This document shows positions 25,329 to 36,104 of a stretch of 40,199 bases of DNA, piece after piece. Each line of letters begins with the position of its first letter. Position 1 is the first letter of the stretch. Both the position numbers and the translations under genes were made by a program. Origin of the DNA: an uncultured bacterium (GTDB lineage: Bacteria; Verrucomicrobiota; Kiritimatiellia; RFP12; UBA1067); contig CADAKF010000008.1 in NCBI GenBank assembly GCA_902788415.1, forward strand, positions 1 to 40,199, given 5' to 3'. The notes below the pieces were generated by a model. It was not told the DNA's origin. It searched no databases and saw only the letters and a program-made list of their open reading frames with translations.

Positions 25329-28079
25329 TCAGATCTTCGTCGTTCGCCTTGCCCTCGCGAAGAGAATCGCACGCAACCGCCTTTCGTATTCGTCCGGCAA
25401 ATCCCTTTTCTCGAGAATCGCACGGATCGTCTCCTCGTGCTCATCGTCGGCAACGAACTGCAACCGGATAAAATCGGTCGACGCACCTCGAACGACGCCG
25501 TTCCAGCGCGTAATTCCCTGCGAGTCAAGGCAGGTCGCCGCATCAAGGCGGAACGTTCCCGAGCGATGATAGACAAAATCGCCAATCGCCGCACGAAGTT
25601 CCAATTGTCTTTCAGGCGCACCCAGATGTCCTGACTTGAAGTACTCCAGGGCGGCACGATGGTCGCGCTTTTTCCGAGAGGTGTGCGCCGCCTGTCGGAC
25701 ACATTCGATTGTCTCACTGTCGTAGACGCAGGCATTTTGCAAACAGCCGATCGCCGTCTCGGCATAATCGCCTTTGGCAAAAGCGAGCCACCGTCCCCTC
25801 GCTTCGTCTCGACTCGGATGATGCCGAAGCGTCTTGAGCGCCATGCGCACGACCGGACCTACCTTTGAAGCGAGCGCCGACTCGACAACTTCCATTGGAC
25901 ATCGCCCTTCGGCCTTCGCCTCGGCCAGCACCTCCCATTGATTCAACCAATCTGACGACAGGTCTTCTCCCCGCGCACGACGAAGATAGTAACCCGAATA
26001 GCCAAAGCGAAAGCATTCGCCCAATCCCCGCCAAATGCCACCCATCCCGCATCCCAGCAGCGTCAGATGCCGTTTCGCTCGGCTCATCGCCACATATAAA
26101 AGGCGTTGCGCTTCATCCCGATCCGCACCAGGCCCCCCTTCGGACATCTCCCCCGCGCCAGGAATGACCACGGCATCAAACTGACGCCCCTTCGCCTTGT
26201 GGACGGTCGAGATGACGATCTTCTCGTCTCCGGCCAGCAAATCGGCTTCCTTCAACTTGGACAGCTTCTGTCCGTCTTCGGAAAGGACTTGTGCAAACGG
26301 CCTTTCCTCCTTCACATAGATCACGTCGACATAGCGGAAGAAAATCTCCATGCGCCGCAAGGCATACAGCCGAGCCTCATCCGCCGTCAACTCGCGATGG
26401 AGTTCCTCTTCCATCGCCCTTTTCTCCGGAACTAACTCGCGGATGGAATACCGCAGGACCTTGCCGAGCGCCGCTTCGGCAAAAACGGAAAACAACACGC
26501 GAAAATCAACCCTGCCGCCGAGGCGAGGCAAAACCGCATCAACAGCGGGCTTGAGCCGTCTGCGCAGCGAAGACAGCACAGGACGATTCCACCACGCCCA
26601 CTGACGCGCGCGATTCCACGGATGCGGAACGCTCGGTACGGGATCCTTCAACCCGAAAAGCGACATCGGATTCCATCCCGACGCAAACATGCCGCGGACA
26701 AAATACCGCGCCGCCGAACTGCGGTAGACGCCGTCCGCAAACCGCCGCACGAGCGACGCCCAGGCCGTCCGCGGCGGCTTTTCGGCAAAGATCGAGACGA
26801 AGGCCAGGAAGTCGCGCATCGGCGGATAGGAGAACAGATCAAGGCCCGAGACCTTGACCGTCCGATAGCCGAGTCTGCGCACAAGCCTTTCGCATGCATC
26901 GGCCTCACGGTTCGTGCGGACGAGAATCGCCACGTTTTCGGCGACCTCGTCCCCCAGCAGATGACGGACGCGCTCCAAGACGGCTTTCGGTCCGTCCGCA
27001 GGCGACAACGTCACTTCACCGTTCGCACGGGCGACGTCGGAAGGTGCCGGCAGGAACTCCCAGTTAGAACGCAACACGTCCAGCGAATATCGCATCAGGA
27101 TCTCCAACAGCAGCGGCGCTGCGCGGAAGTTCGTCCTGAAGTAATGACGCTCGCAATCGGCGACAGCCGTCGCAAACGAACTCGCCGAAGCTCCGAGAAA
27201 AGAGAAGATCGACTGTTCGACGTCGCCGAAGTAAACGCTGACTGCACGGGACGACGTCAACTCCTTGACGATCCGCCACTGAAGCGGATTCAAGTCCTGC
27301 ACTTCGTCGATCTGGATCCAGTCAAAGCGTCGATCGTCTTCAATCGGATTCTGCGTCAGATACAGGAACGTCTCGTTGATGAGATCGTCGAAGTCGACCG
27401 ACCGAAACTTGCGCTTAAGTCCCGAATAGGCCAGCTCAAGCGCCGCGACAATTCCACGGTCAAGAAAGACGGACATCGTCATCGGCACCTGCCGGAGATA
27501 GCACGACGGAATGCCCAGTTTCCACTGATGCGCGATCAGCACCGCGGAAAGGATGTCCGGGTACGGACTTCTGTCGTCCTTCTCGCAATCCGCAAAGTAC
27601 TCCTCGACAATCTCCGAAAGCGCAATACACATCGGTTCGCAAATACCCTTGACCGTCGCCACGACGCTGACACCATGCGTTTTCTTCAAATCGGCAGTTC
27701 TCCCCTCTCGCAACTCCTCGCGCAACACATCTGTCACCTCTCGGATGAAATCAAGCTGCTGCGACTCGTCCAGCACATACTTGCCAGGATGGATCCGCCG
27801 AACCGACAGCAAGAACCGATGGCAGATGTGATGGAGATTGCCGACATCGGGGAGCGCGCAGTCGGGTCCCGCCGCGCCGGAGACCCGATCGCGCATCTCG
27901 AACGCCGCGCGGTTCGTGAACGTCGCACACAGCATCCGCTTTGGATCGACGCCCGACGAAAGCGCACGGAGAATCCGCTGCGACAGCATCTCCGTCTTCC
28001 CCGATCCCGGCGGAGCCAGCACGAGGTGGCGCCCCGCGACGAGATCAACGACGGCGAGCTGTTCGTCCGTAAGCGTCAT
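25329..28079 (-). CDS. UvrD/Rep-family SF1 helicase with long C-terminal extension
   Basis: APPGSGKT, TFTNRAA, IDEVQD, GDVEQSIF, STVHKAKG.QF, LYVAMSRAK. Confidence 0.92.
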   Translation of the reverse strand: MTLTDEQLAVVDLVAGRHLVLAPPGSGKTEMLSQRILRALSSGVDPKRMLCATFTNRAAFEMRDRVSGAAGPDCALPDVGNLHHICHRFLLSVRRIHPGKYVLDESQQLDFIREVTDVLREELREGRTADLKKTHGVSVVATVKGICEPMCIALSEIVEEYFADCEKDDRSPYPDILSAVLIAHQWKLGIPSCYLRQVPMTMSVFLDRGIVAALELAYSGLKRKFRSVDFDDLINETFLYLTQNPIEDDRRFDWIQIDEVQDLNPLQWRIVKELTSSRAVSVYFGDVEQSIFSFLGASASSFATAVADCERHYFRTNFRAAPLLLEILMRYSLDVLRSNWEFLPAPSDVARANGEVTLSPADGPKAVLERVRHLLGDEVAENVAILVRTNREADACERLVRRLGYRTVKVSGLDLFSYPPMRDFLAFVSIFAEKPPRTAWASLVRRFADGVYRSSAARYFVRGMFASGWNPMSLFGLKDPVPSVPHPWNRARQWAWWNRPVLSSLRRRLKPAVDAVLPRLGGRVDFRVLFSVFAEAALGKVLRYSIRELVPEKRAMEEELHRELTADEARLYALRRMEIFFRYVDVIYVKEERPFAQVLSEDGQKLSKLKEADLLAGDEKIVISTVHKAKGRQFDAVVIPGAGEMSEGGPGADRDEAQRLLYVAMSRAKRHLTLLGCGMGGIWRGLGECFRFGYSGYYLRRARGEDLSSDWLNQWEVLAEAKAEGRCPMEVVESALASKVGPVVRMALKTLRHHPSRDEARGRWLAFAKGDYAETAIGCLQNACVYDSETIECVRQAAHTSRKKRDHRAALEYFKSGHLGAPERQLELRAAIGDFVYHRSGTFRLDAATCLDSQGITRWNGVVRGASTDFIRLQFVADDEHEETIRAILEKRDLPDEYERRLRAILFARARRTTKI

Positions 28080-28089
28080 GACCGGCGCG

Positions 28090-28437
28090 TCACTCCGCCT
28101 TCGCGGCGTCCTTGGCCTGTGCCTTCGCTTTGCGGAAGGTGCAGCGTTCCTTGACGGACATCTTCGCCCACCTCTCGGGATCGCACCCCGCCTTCTCGGC
28201 CGCCTTCTTGTTGTTCGCGGCCTTCATTTCGGCGACGGTCATGCCGAGCGCCTTGGCCTTCGCTTCCTGTTTCGCTTCCTTGCGCGCCTTCTTGGTCATG
28301 GTCTTCCACTGCTCGACCGCAATGCCGCAGCGCTCGGCGTCCTTCCGTTCGCGCACGGTCAGTTCCGCAGGTTCCGCTGCAAATGCCGCCGTACCGATTG
28401 TCAGGGCCGCCGCAAGAGTGATGATGAGTTTGTTCAT
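28090..28437 (-). CDS. Secreted Lys/Ala-rich protein with internal repeats
   Basis: Signal peptide MNKLIITLAAALTIGTAAFA; repeated AxxxGxxxExWxxM unit. Confidence 0.75.
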   Translation of the reverse strand: MNKLIITLAAALTIGTAAFAAEPAELTVRERKDAERCGIAVEQWKTMTKKARKEAKQEAKAKALGMTVAEMKAANNKKAAEKAGCDPERWAKMSVKERCTFRKAKAQAKDAAKAE

Positions 28438-28482
28438 AGTTTGTTTTCCTTTGTTTTTTGTTTGCATATACCGCTTATTCAC

Positions 28483-28836
28483 TCAAAACGGCATCTCTCC
28501 GTCTTCGGCTCCGTCGACGGTCCCCGCGAGTTCCTCGGCCGTCGGCGCAGCTGCGGTCACCTCGACCTTATGCGCCGTCAGATCGCAGAAACAACGAATC
28601 TTGTTTGTTTTCGGATCCTGCCAGTCGCGGCCTTCAATCGAGAAGGCAACTTTGATCTCGGCGCCGACGGCCAGCGTGTCGACAAGCGAGACGTCATCGT
28701 TCTTGAAGACGACTGGCACCGGAACCGGTCCCCGCTCGCCGCCGGGCTGTTCGACGACAACCTCACGCTTGGTGAAACCGCTCGCGAACGTCTGCTGTTC
28801 GCCAAGGCGTCTGATCCTTCCACTCAGTTCGTACAT
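28483..28836 (-). CDS. DUF3127 (SSB-like OB-fold) protein
   Basis: QTFASGFTKREVV, V.F.IEGRDW, acidic tail ending EMPF. Confidence 0.85.
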   Translation of the reverse strand: MYELSGRIRRLGEQQTFASGFTKREVVVEQPGGERGPVPVPVVFKNDDVSLVDTLAVGAEIKVAFSIEGRDWQDPKTNKIRCFCDLTAHKVEVTAAAPTAEELAGTVDGAEDGEMPF

Positions 28837-28872
28837 GATGTGATTTCCTTTCTGCCCCTTCGGACAGAAGGA

Positions 28873-28917
28873 ATAATATCACATCCGCGGAAAAGAAAAA
28901 TTACAGGAAAATTACAA
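28873..28917 (-). promoter_or_regulatory. Promoter with an 11-bp-spaced tandem repeat
   Basis: TGaTATTAT -10 and AAAATTACA x2 (TTACA at 28901 and 28912). Confidence 0.45.
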
Positions 28918-28922
28918 GCGGA

Positions 28923-29597
28923 TCAGGGGCGCCAGACGTAACCGGTACCGCGGACAGCCTTCAGGCCAGCCGCCGATTCGCCCAGCTTCTCGCGCAAACG
29001 CAGAATGGCGATGCTGAGCGTCGAGTCATTGCCGTCAAAAGAAACTCCCCAAAACTTGGCGAAGAGGAAGTCTCGTGTGAAGACCTCTCCCGGGTGCCCG
29101 GCAAACCAGCGCAAGAGCGCCACTTCGCGTTCGCGCAGCGCTACGACATCGCCCGCACCGTGCCGCATCGACTGTCTCGCCGGCTCAACGCGCCAATCGG
29201 CAAAGTCAAAGTCGCCCGTCGGTTCTTCATGCCGATGCCGCCGCACCGCCGCGGCAATGCGCGCGAGCAAGATTTCGTTCGAAGCCGTCTTGGAAATGTA
29301 ATCGTCAGCGCCGACACCAAGTCCCTTCAGTTCGTCGACGTCCGAATCGAGCGCCGTGAGGAAGAGAACCGGTGTCTCGACATCTGTCTTGCGAATTGTC
29401 CCGCAAACGTCATAGCCGTTCATCTTCGGCATCATCACGTCGAGAAGCAGGAGGTCGGGACGTCGCTCGCGGTAGAGCCGCAACGCCTCCTCACCGTTCT
29501 TGCCCGCTCGCACGTCATAGCCGTTCGTCTCCAGCAGTCCTACGAGTGACTGGCGAATCAAGCGCTCGTCATCGGCGAGAATGACGGTTGCGTTCAT
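28923..29597 (-). CDS. OmpR/PhoB-family response regulator
   Basis: DD, LDVMMP, GADDYI.K receiver domain; winged helix LREKL...VRGTGY. Confidence 0.93.
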   Translation of the reverse strand: MNATVILADDERLIRQSLVGLLETNGYDVRAGKNGEEALRLYRERRPDLLLLDVMMPKMNGYDVCGTIRKTDVETPVLFLTALDSDVDELKGLGVGADDYISKTASNEILLARIAAAVRRHRHEEPTGDFDFADWRVEPARQSMRHGAGDVVALREREVALLRWFAGHPGEVFTRDFLFAKFWGVSFDGNDSTLSIAILRLREKLGESAAGLKAVRGTGYVWRP

Positions 29598-29604
29598 AGG
29601 ACCG

Positions 29605-30273
29605 TCATCCGAGCAGCTTGAAGTGGTTCTTCACCGATTCGACCTTGCGTTCGCGACGGAGCTTCGAAAGCTCGGCCGAAAGCGCGCTCCGGTCGACACA
29701 CAGGAAATCGGCAAGCTCCTGACGGTCGAACGGAATGTCGAACTCCTTCGCCTGCTTACGCTTCGCAAGAATCCGCAGGAACAGCAACAGGCGTCCGCGG
29801 ATCGTCCGCTGCGACAGGATACGAAGCTTCCGCTTGATCTGGAAGGTCGTCTGGCTCATCACCGTCAGGAGATTGTGCAGAAAATGGAGATGCGCTGAGC
29901 AGACCTTGTGACAAGGGCGCAGGATGCGGTCCGTGCCGAAGAGAAGGACGACCGCCTCGCCGACGGCGCTCATGCTGATGCCCATCGTCTTCGCATCGCG
30001 GAAGACATAGGTCATACCGAACGCACCGTTCTCGGAAATCGTCTCGAGGACGGCGCGAGAGCCGTCAAGCTGCTGGCACGAGAGCTGCACCGCTCCCGTC
30101 GCAACGACGCCAATGCACGTGCAGGGATCCGACTCGCGCACAAACGTCTCCTTGTTCTTCAGCCGCAGTTCCCTCACGTTCATGCATTCGCAGATCTGGC
30201 GAAAGCCCGCCTCGTCGAGGTCCTTCAGGAGCCGGCAGGCACGCGGAAAGATGATCTTCGGACTTTTCTTCAC
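29605..30273 (-). CDS. Crp/Fnr-family transcription regulator
   Basis: cNMP-like barrel, C-x3-C-x2-H motif, HTH RQELADFLCVDRSALSAELSKL. Confidence 0.93.
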   Translation of the reverse strand: MKKSPKIIFPRACRLLKDLDEAGFRQICECMNVRELRLKNKETFVRESDPCTCIGVVATGAVQLSCQQLDGSRAVLETISENGAFGMTYVFRDAKTMGISMSAVGEAVVLLFGTDRILRPCHKVCSAHLHFLHNLLTVMSQTTFQIKRKLRILSQRTIRGRLLLFLRILAKRKQAKEFDIPFDRQELADFLCVDRSALSAELSKLRRERKVESVKNHFKLLG

Positions 30274-30590
30274 TTCTTCTGCGGATACTGACGATTTGAA
30301 AGACGGCGAAGCAGATGAACGGCGACGGGCGTCACGTTCGTCCCGCGCCAGTACCAGCAGCCGTCCTTCTGTGAGGAAATCAGCGAAATCGCCTGCGCCG
30401 TCGCGCTCATCCCGTTCGTCGCGTAAAGGTGCGCAAAATCGCGCGCCGCCGTCGAAAGGGGGACGGCGTTCGTCGACGCGACGTTCAGCGCATGGTCGAC
30501 TTCGTTCTGAACGCTGGGTTCAAGAACCTCCTCGTTGACGAGCGGCTGCGCCGTAATCACTGCGGATAGGAATAGTCCGGTCAGAACCAT
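30270..30590 (-). CDS. Hypothetical exported protein, probably leaderless
   Basis: TGaTATAAT 7 nt before ATG 30590; hydrophobic N-terminus; stop overlaps the Crp gene start. Confidence 0.65.
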   Translation of the reverse strand: MVLTGLFLSAVITAQPLVNEEVLEPSVQNEVDHALNVASTNAVPLSTAARDFAHLYATNGMSATAQAISLISSQKDGCWYWRGTNVTPVAVHLLRRLSNRQYPQKK

Positions 30591-30610
30591 CACGCCAATT
30601 ATATCACATC

Positions 30611-30687
30611 TGGTGGAGACTGAGGGACTCGAACCCCCGACCTTGACCGTGTAAAGGTCCTGCTCTAACCAACTGAGCTAATCGTCC
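30611..30687 (-). tRNA. tRNA-Val(TAC) with a non-canonical acceptor stem
   Basis: GGACGATTAGCTCAGTTGGTTAGAGCA...TTTACAC...GGTTCGAGTCCC...ACCA; encoded CCA. Confidence 0.85.
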
Positions 30688-30756
30688 GAAATCGGAATCA
30701 GTCGGCCAGCAGGGTGATAATCATCATGGGGTTCATGTTCGCTTCCCTTTCTGAAA

Positions 30757-32037
30757 TCAGTCGAGCTTCTTGCGGATGACGCGCTTGGCCTTGCCCTCCG
30801 TCCGCGGCAAGGCGCCGATCGGAAAGACATCGCCTTTCGGCAGAAAGCCGAGGCGCTCGCGGAGATGCTTCGCGACGGTATGGCCCGTGACGCCCGGCGC
30901 CGCCTCAACGTTGACCGTCACGTCCGTCATCCCGTTCCTCTCCTCGAGAATAATCTGGAATTCGTCAGCCACGCCGGGAATCTCCTTCAGCGCCTGCTCG
31001 ACCTGGCGCGGATAGAAGTTGACGCCCTTCACGATCAGCATGTCGTCCGTTCGCCCCGTAATGCGGTCGATTCGAAGCGAGGTCCGTCCGCACGCACATT
31101 TCTCACGCGAGAGGATGCGGGTAATGTCGTGCGTGCGGTAGCGGATGATCGGCATCGCCTCGCGCGTAAGCGACGTGAAGACGATCTCGCCGTACTCGCC
31201 GTCGGGAAGCACCTTGCCGGTTGCGGGATCGATGATCTCGGTGATGTACTGGTCCTCCCAGACGTGAAGGCCGCAATGCGCCTTGCAGTCCTGTCCCGTC
31301 GTGCCGATGCCGCCGGTCTCGGTCATACCGTAGATGTCGAAGCACTCAATGCCGAGACGGGATTCGATGCGCTTGCGGGTCTCGTCCGAGAACGTCTCGG
31401 ACCCGAAGATGCCGACCTTCAGGTACGGCAGGTCGCGCTCGCCTTCCGGACACTCGTCCAGCTTCTCAATGAGCCGCGGCACATAGGAGACGACGGAGAC
31501 GAAACCCTTCGTCTTAAAGTCCTTCATCAGCTTGATCTGACGCTCCGTATTGCCCGAGGACGCGGGGATCGTGAAGAGCTGCGCCTTGCGCGCGCCGTGG
31601 TAGCAGCCAAAGCCGCCGTTGAAAAGACCGAACGTCGGCATGATCTGCACGGCGTCGCCCTTCTCCATCCCCGCCATCGCGTAACACCGCGCCATACACT
31701 CCGCCCACTGAAGAAGGTCGTTCTTCGTGTACGCCATCACGACCGGCGTGCCCGTCGAACCGGAGGACATGTGGAACTCCATCAGGTCCTGGCGGTCGAC
31801 ACAGTTCATCTTAAGGGGATACGCCTCGCGGAAATCGTCCTTCGTGAAGAATGGAAGGTTCGCGAGATCGTCGAGCGACTTCACGTCTTCGGGCGAGCCG
31901 ACGCCGCCCTTCTGCAGACGCGTGCGGTAGAATTCGTTCCCCCACACGCGCTTCAGGGATTTCCGCAGCCCTTCGAGCTGGATCTTCGCGTACTCGTCGC
32001 GGCTGAGCGTTTCCGCCGTTCTGTTCCACATCGCCAT
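30757..32037 (-). CDS. paaK: Phenylacetate-CoA ligase family
   Basis: HMSSGSTGTP, DIYGMTE, IRYRT.DI, GRTDDMLIVKGVN, GKAKRVI. Confidence 0.92.
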   Translation of the reverse strand: MAMWNRTAETLSRDEYAKIQLEGLRKSLKRVWGNEFYRTRLQKGGVGSPEDVKSLDDLANLPFFTKDDFREAYPLKMNCVDRQDLMEFHMSSGSTGTPVVMAYTKNDLLQWAECMARCYAMAGMEKGDAVQIMPTFGLFNGGFGCYHGARKAQLFTIPASSGNTERQIKLMKDFKTKGFVSVVSYVPRLIEKLDECPEGERDLPYLKVGIFGSETFSDETRKRIESRLGIECFDIYGMTETGGIGTTGQDCKAHCGLHVWEDQYITEIIDPATGKVLPDGEYGEIVFTSLTREAMPIIRYRTHDITRILSREKCACGRTSLRIDRITGRTDDMLIVKGVNFYPRQVEQALKEIPGVADEFQIILEERNGMTDVTVNVEAAPGVTGHTVAKHLRERLGFLPKGDVFPIGALPRTEGKAKRVIRKKLD

Positions 32038-32041
32038 AACG

Positions 32042-32326
32042 TCACCTCGTCAGATTCAACGGACCGCCCCTCTGCTCCAAACACCAGTTGCGGCAGTAGA
32101 TGAGAATGTCGACCAACACCACGAAGAAAAGCACGACATACATCCAGATCACCCAATTGTAGCTGTACAGGATCTTGTGGATGATGCCGAAGACATAGCC
32201 GAACTCAATCAGGACCATGAACATCAGGCTCTTGCCCCGCGTCGAGCGGGACCGGATTGACTTCGCAATCGAAAACGGCCAGGAGAAGCCGAAGCAGAAC
32301 AGCATCAAAAACTCGAAGAGTCCCAT
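32042..32326 (-). CDS. Small 3-TM PQ-loop/SemiSWEET-like membrane protein
   Basis: CFGFSWPFSI.KS.RSRST.GKS motif; translationally coupled to iorB. Confidence 0.75.
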   Translation of the reverse strand: MGLFEFLMLFCFGFSWPFSIAKSIRSRSTRGKSLMFMVLIEFGYVFGIIHKILYSYNWVIWMYVVLFFVVLVDILIYCRNWCLEQRGGPLNLTR

Positions 32327-32919
32327 TACTTCGCCGCTGCAGCGCGCCCGAGGAGGAACGCCTTCTTGTTGACCTCGAGAAGCGTCGCCTTCGGTCCCGT
32401 CAGCATCTCGGTCATCGCCTGGATCCACTCGGCTTCCTTAAACGGACAGAACACCGACAGCGCACCGGCGATCACCATGTTCATCGTGCGCGCGTTGCCG
32501 ACTTCCTCCGTCGCGATCTTCATCGCGTCAACGAGGACGAGCTTCCTAAACGCCTTCTTGACCTTGCCGTCCAGATCGGCGACCGGGGCCTGCTGGCCGG
32601 ACGACACCGTCACCGGAACGAGATAAAGGTCATTCACGAACGCCACGCCGTCCTTCGCGAGAATGCCCTGGTTTCGGAGGGCCTCGACCTTGTCGAAGCT
32701 GACGAGGATGTCGGCCGTTCCCTCCTGGATGATCGGCGAGGAAACTTCCTTCCCGAAACGCACCTGAGAAGTCACGCTGCCGCCACGCTGGGACATGCCG
32801 TGGATTTCGGACTTCTTGACGTCGTAACCCGCAATCGCCGCGGTCTTCGCGAGAATGTCCGCCGTGAGAATGATTCCCTGCCCGCCGACACCGACGAGAG
32901 AGACGTTAACCGTCTTCAT
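32326..32919 (-). CDS. iorB: Indolepyruvate:ferredoxin oxidoreductase beta subunit
   Basis: GVGGQG, SEIHGMSQRGGSV.S.VRFG. Confidence 0.93.
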   Translation of the reverse strand: MKTVNVSLVGVGGQGIILTADILAKTAAIAGYDVKKSEIHGMSQRGGSVTSQVRFGKEVSSPIIQEGTADILVSFDKVEALRNQGILAKDGVAFVNDLYLVPVTVSSGQQAPVADLDGKVKKAFRKLVLVDAMKIATEEVGNARTMNMVIAGALSVFCPFKEAEWIQAMTEMLTGPKATLLEVNKKAFLLGRAAAAK

Positions 32920-33137
32920 GCCTCAACCCTTTCAACCGTAATCTCGGGATCAATCTCCTGCAGACCGACCTCAATGCCCTGCTTGAGGGTCATCATCGCG
33001 AACGGGCAACTGCCGCAATGGCCGACGAGCTTCAGGTACACGACCTTGCCCTCGATCTTCACCAGCTCCAGATCTCCACCATCGGCCTGAAGGCCGCTGC
33101 GAAGCTCCTCCAGTTTCGCCTTGATTTTCTCTTCCAT
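32916..33137 (-). CDS. NifU/NfuA-like Fe-S carrier
   Basis: LQADGGDLELV, GHCGSCP, TLKQGIE. Confidence 0.92.
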   Translation of the reverse strand: MEEKIKAKLEELRSGLQADGGDLELVKIEGKVVYLKLVGHCGSCPFAMMTLKQGIEVGLQEIDPEITVERVEA

Positions 33138-33184
33138 CTGCTGTCCTCCTGAAATTTGTGGTTATTATAGCATATTTTGCCGGA

Positions 33185-33326
33185 TTACCGGACGAACAGC
33201 GGCGTCGAGAAATAGCGCTCGGCCCTCGTACTTGACGAGGACCTGCGCCATGTCCGACGTGACCATCCGCTGAAGCCGCACGAGCGGCGTATGGCCGAGA
33301 GCCTCGAGAATGTTGTCGCAGATCAT
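33185..33326 (-). pseudogene. cysK: Cysteine synthase remnant with a large internal deletion
   Basis: MICDNILEALGHTPLVRL...VLVKYEG joined out of frame to the C-terminal AERYFSTPLFVR*. Confidence 0.8.
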
Positions 33327-33336
33327 AGTCTGCGTA

Positions 33337-35412
<2,076 letters not shown>

Positions 35413-35446
35413 GGTTTGTCCTCCTTTAAATCTCCACAAAACATGT

Positions 35447-35462
35447 AGCAAAAGCCATGCCA
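35447..35462 (-). promoter_or_regulatory. sigma54-type -24/-12 promoter of clpB
   Basis: TGGCAT-GGCTT-TTGCT (GG-N10-GC). Confidence 0.7.
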
Positions 35463-35543
35463 GTAATCAAAAAGGAACGACATTGGGACGTTTTGTCTCA
35501 CAATGTCGCTCTCTCGCTGCTTTGCCCAGTTGCCGCGGCGTTC

Positions 35544-35981
35544 TTATTGCACGATGACTCGTTGCTCGTAATGACCAGGCTGCCAGACACGGACTGTCGA
35601 GCCATTCGACTGTACCTGATCGACATAGCGCCCTTCGACCCAAACGTTCTGCGTCTGCTGGACCGGTTGCTGAACGACGACTGGCTGCTGAACGACGACA
35701 GGCTGCTGAACGACCGTCGGCGTCGTCACGACTGTCGCAGCGGGCTGAACAACCACGGTTTCCGTGTAGTACGGACGCGTAATCGCAGTTCCAACCACGC
35801 CACCGACGAAGCCGCCGACAAAGCCCGGCCAGAAAGAACGACCGCCATGATGATGGTGCTGCCATCCATGATGGACAGGCGGGGGACGATGGAAGCCGCC
35901 GTGATGTCCGAACGGCCGCGCGAAGCACGCCCCGGCGCACAAGGTAACTGTGCAAGCAATCGCAATTGTCTTCATTTTCAT
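35544..35981 (-). CDS. Secreted low-complexity His/Gly-rich protein with VVQQP repeats
   Basis: Signal peptide, HHGG/HHHH region, glycine zipper, WVEGRY/WQPGHY motifs. Confidence 0.8.
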   Translation of the reverse strand: MKMKTIAIACTVTLCAGACFARPFGHHGGFHRPPPVHHGWQHHHHGGRSFWPGFVGGFVGGVVGTAITRPYYTETVVVQPAATVVTTPTVVQQPVVVQQPVVVQQPVQQTQNVWVEGRYVDQVQSNGSTVRVWQPGHYEQRVIVQ

Positions 35982-36104
35982 GTCTTTTCCTTTCCGGACT
36001 GTTTGTCCTTACGAAAGGATAGGCAATCAATCGGACAAAACCTGACAAAGTTTCTTACAATAATCCACCTTGATCTCATCCCAGATGTCGCACATCGAAT
36101 CCAA

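Noticed and set aside
24740-25780. 346-aa extended RhuM ORF overlapping the helicase
   Set aside because: The extension is an out-of-frame overlap; an SD and the RhuM motifs support the start at 25306. Similar over-extended starts were trimmed for rplE, hcp, the QueD-like gene, fabH, clpB and both EamA genes
33185-33326. Programmed frameshift producing a mini-CysK
   Set aside because: The PLP-binding lysine and the whole catalytic core are missing, so a deletion is the simpler explanation
36033-36060. Tandem GACAA/TACAA regulator site upstream of 35981
   Set aside because: Irregular spacing (10 and 12 bp); too weak to call
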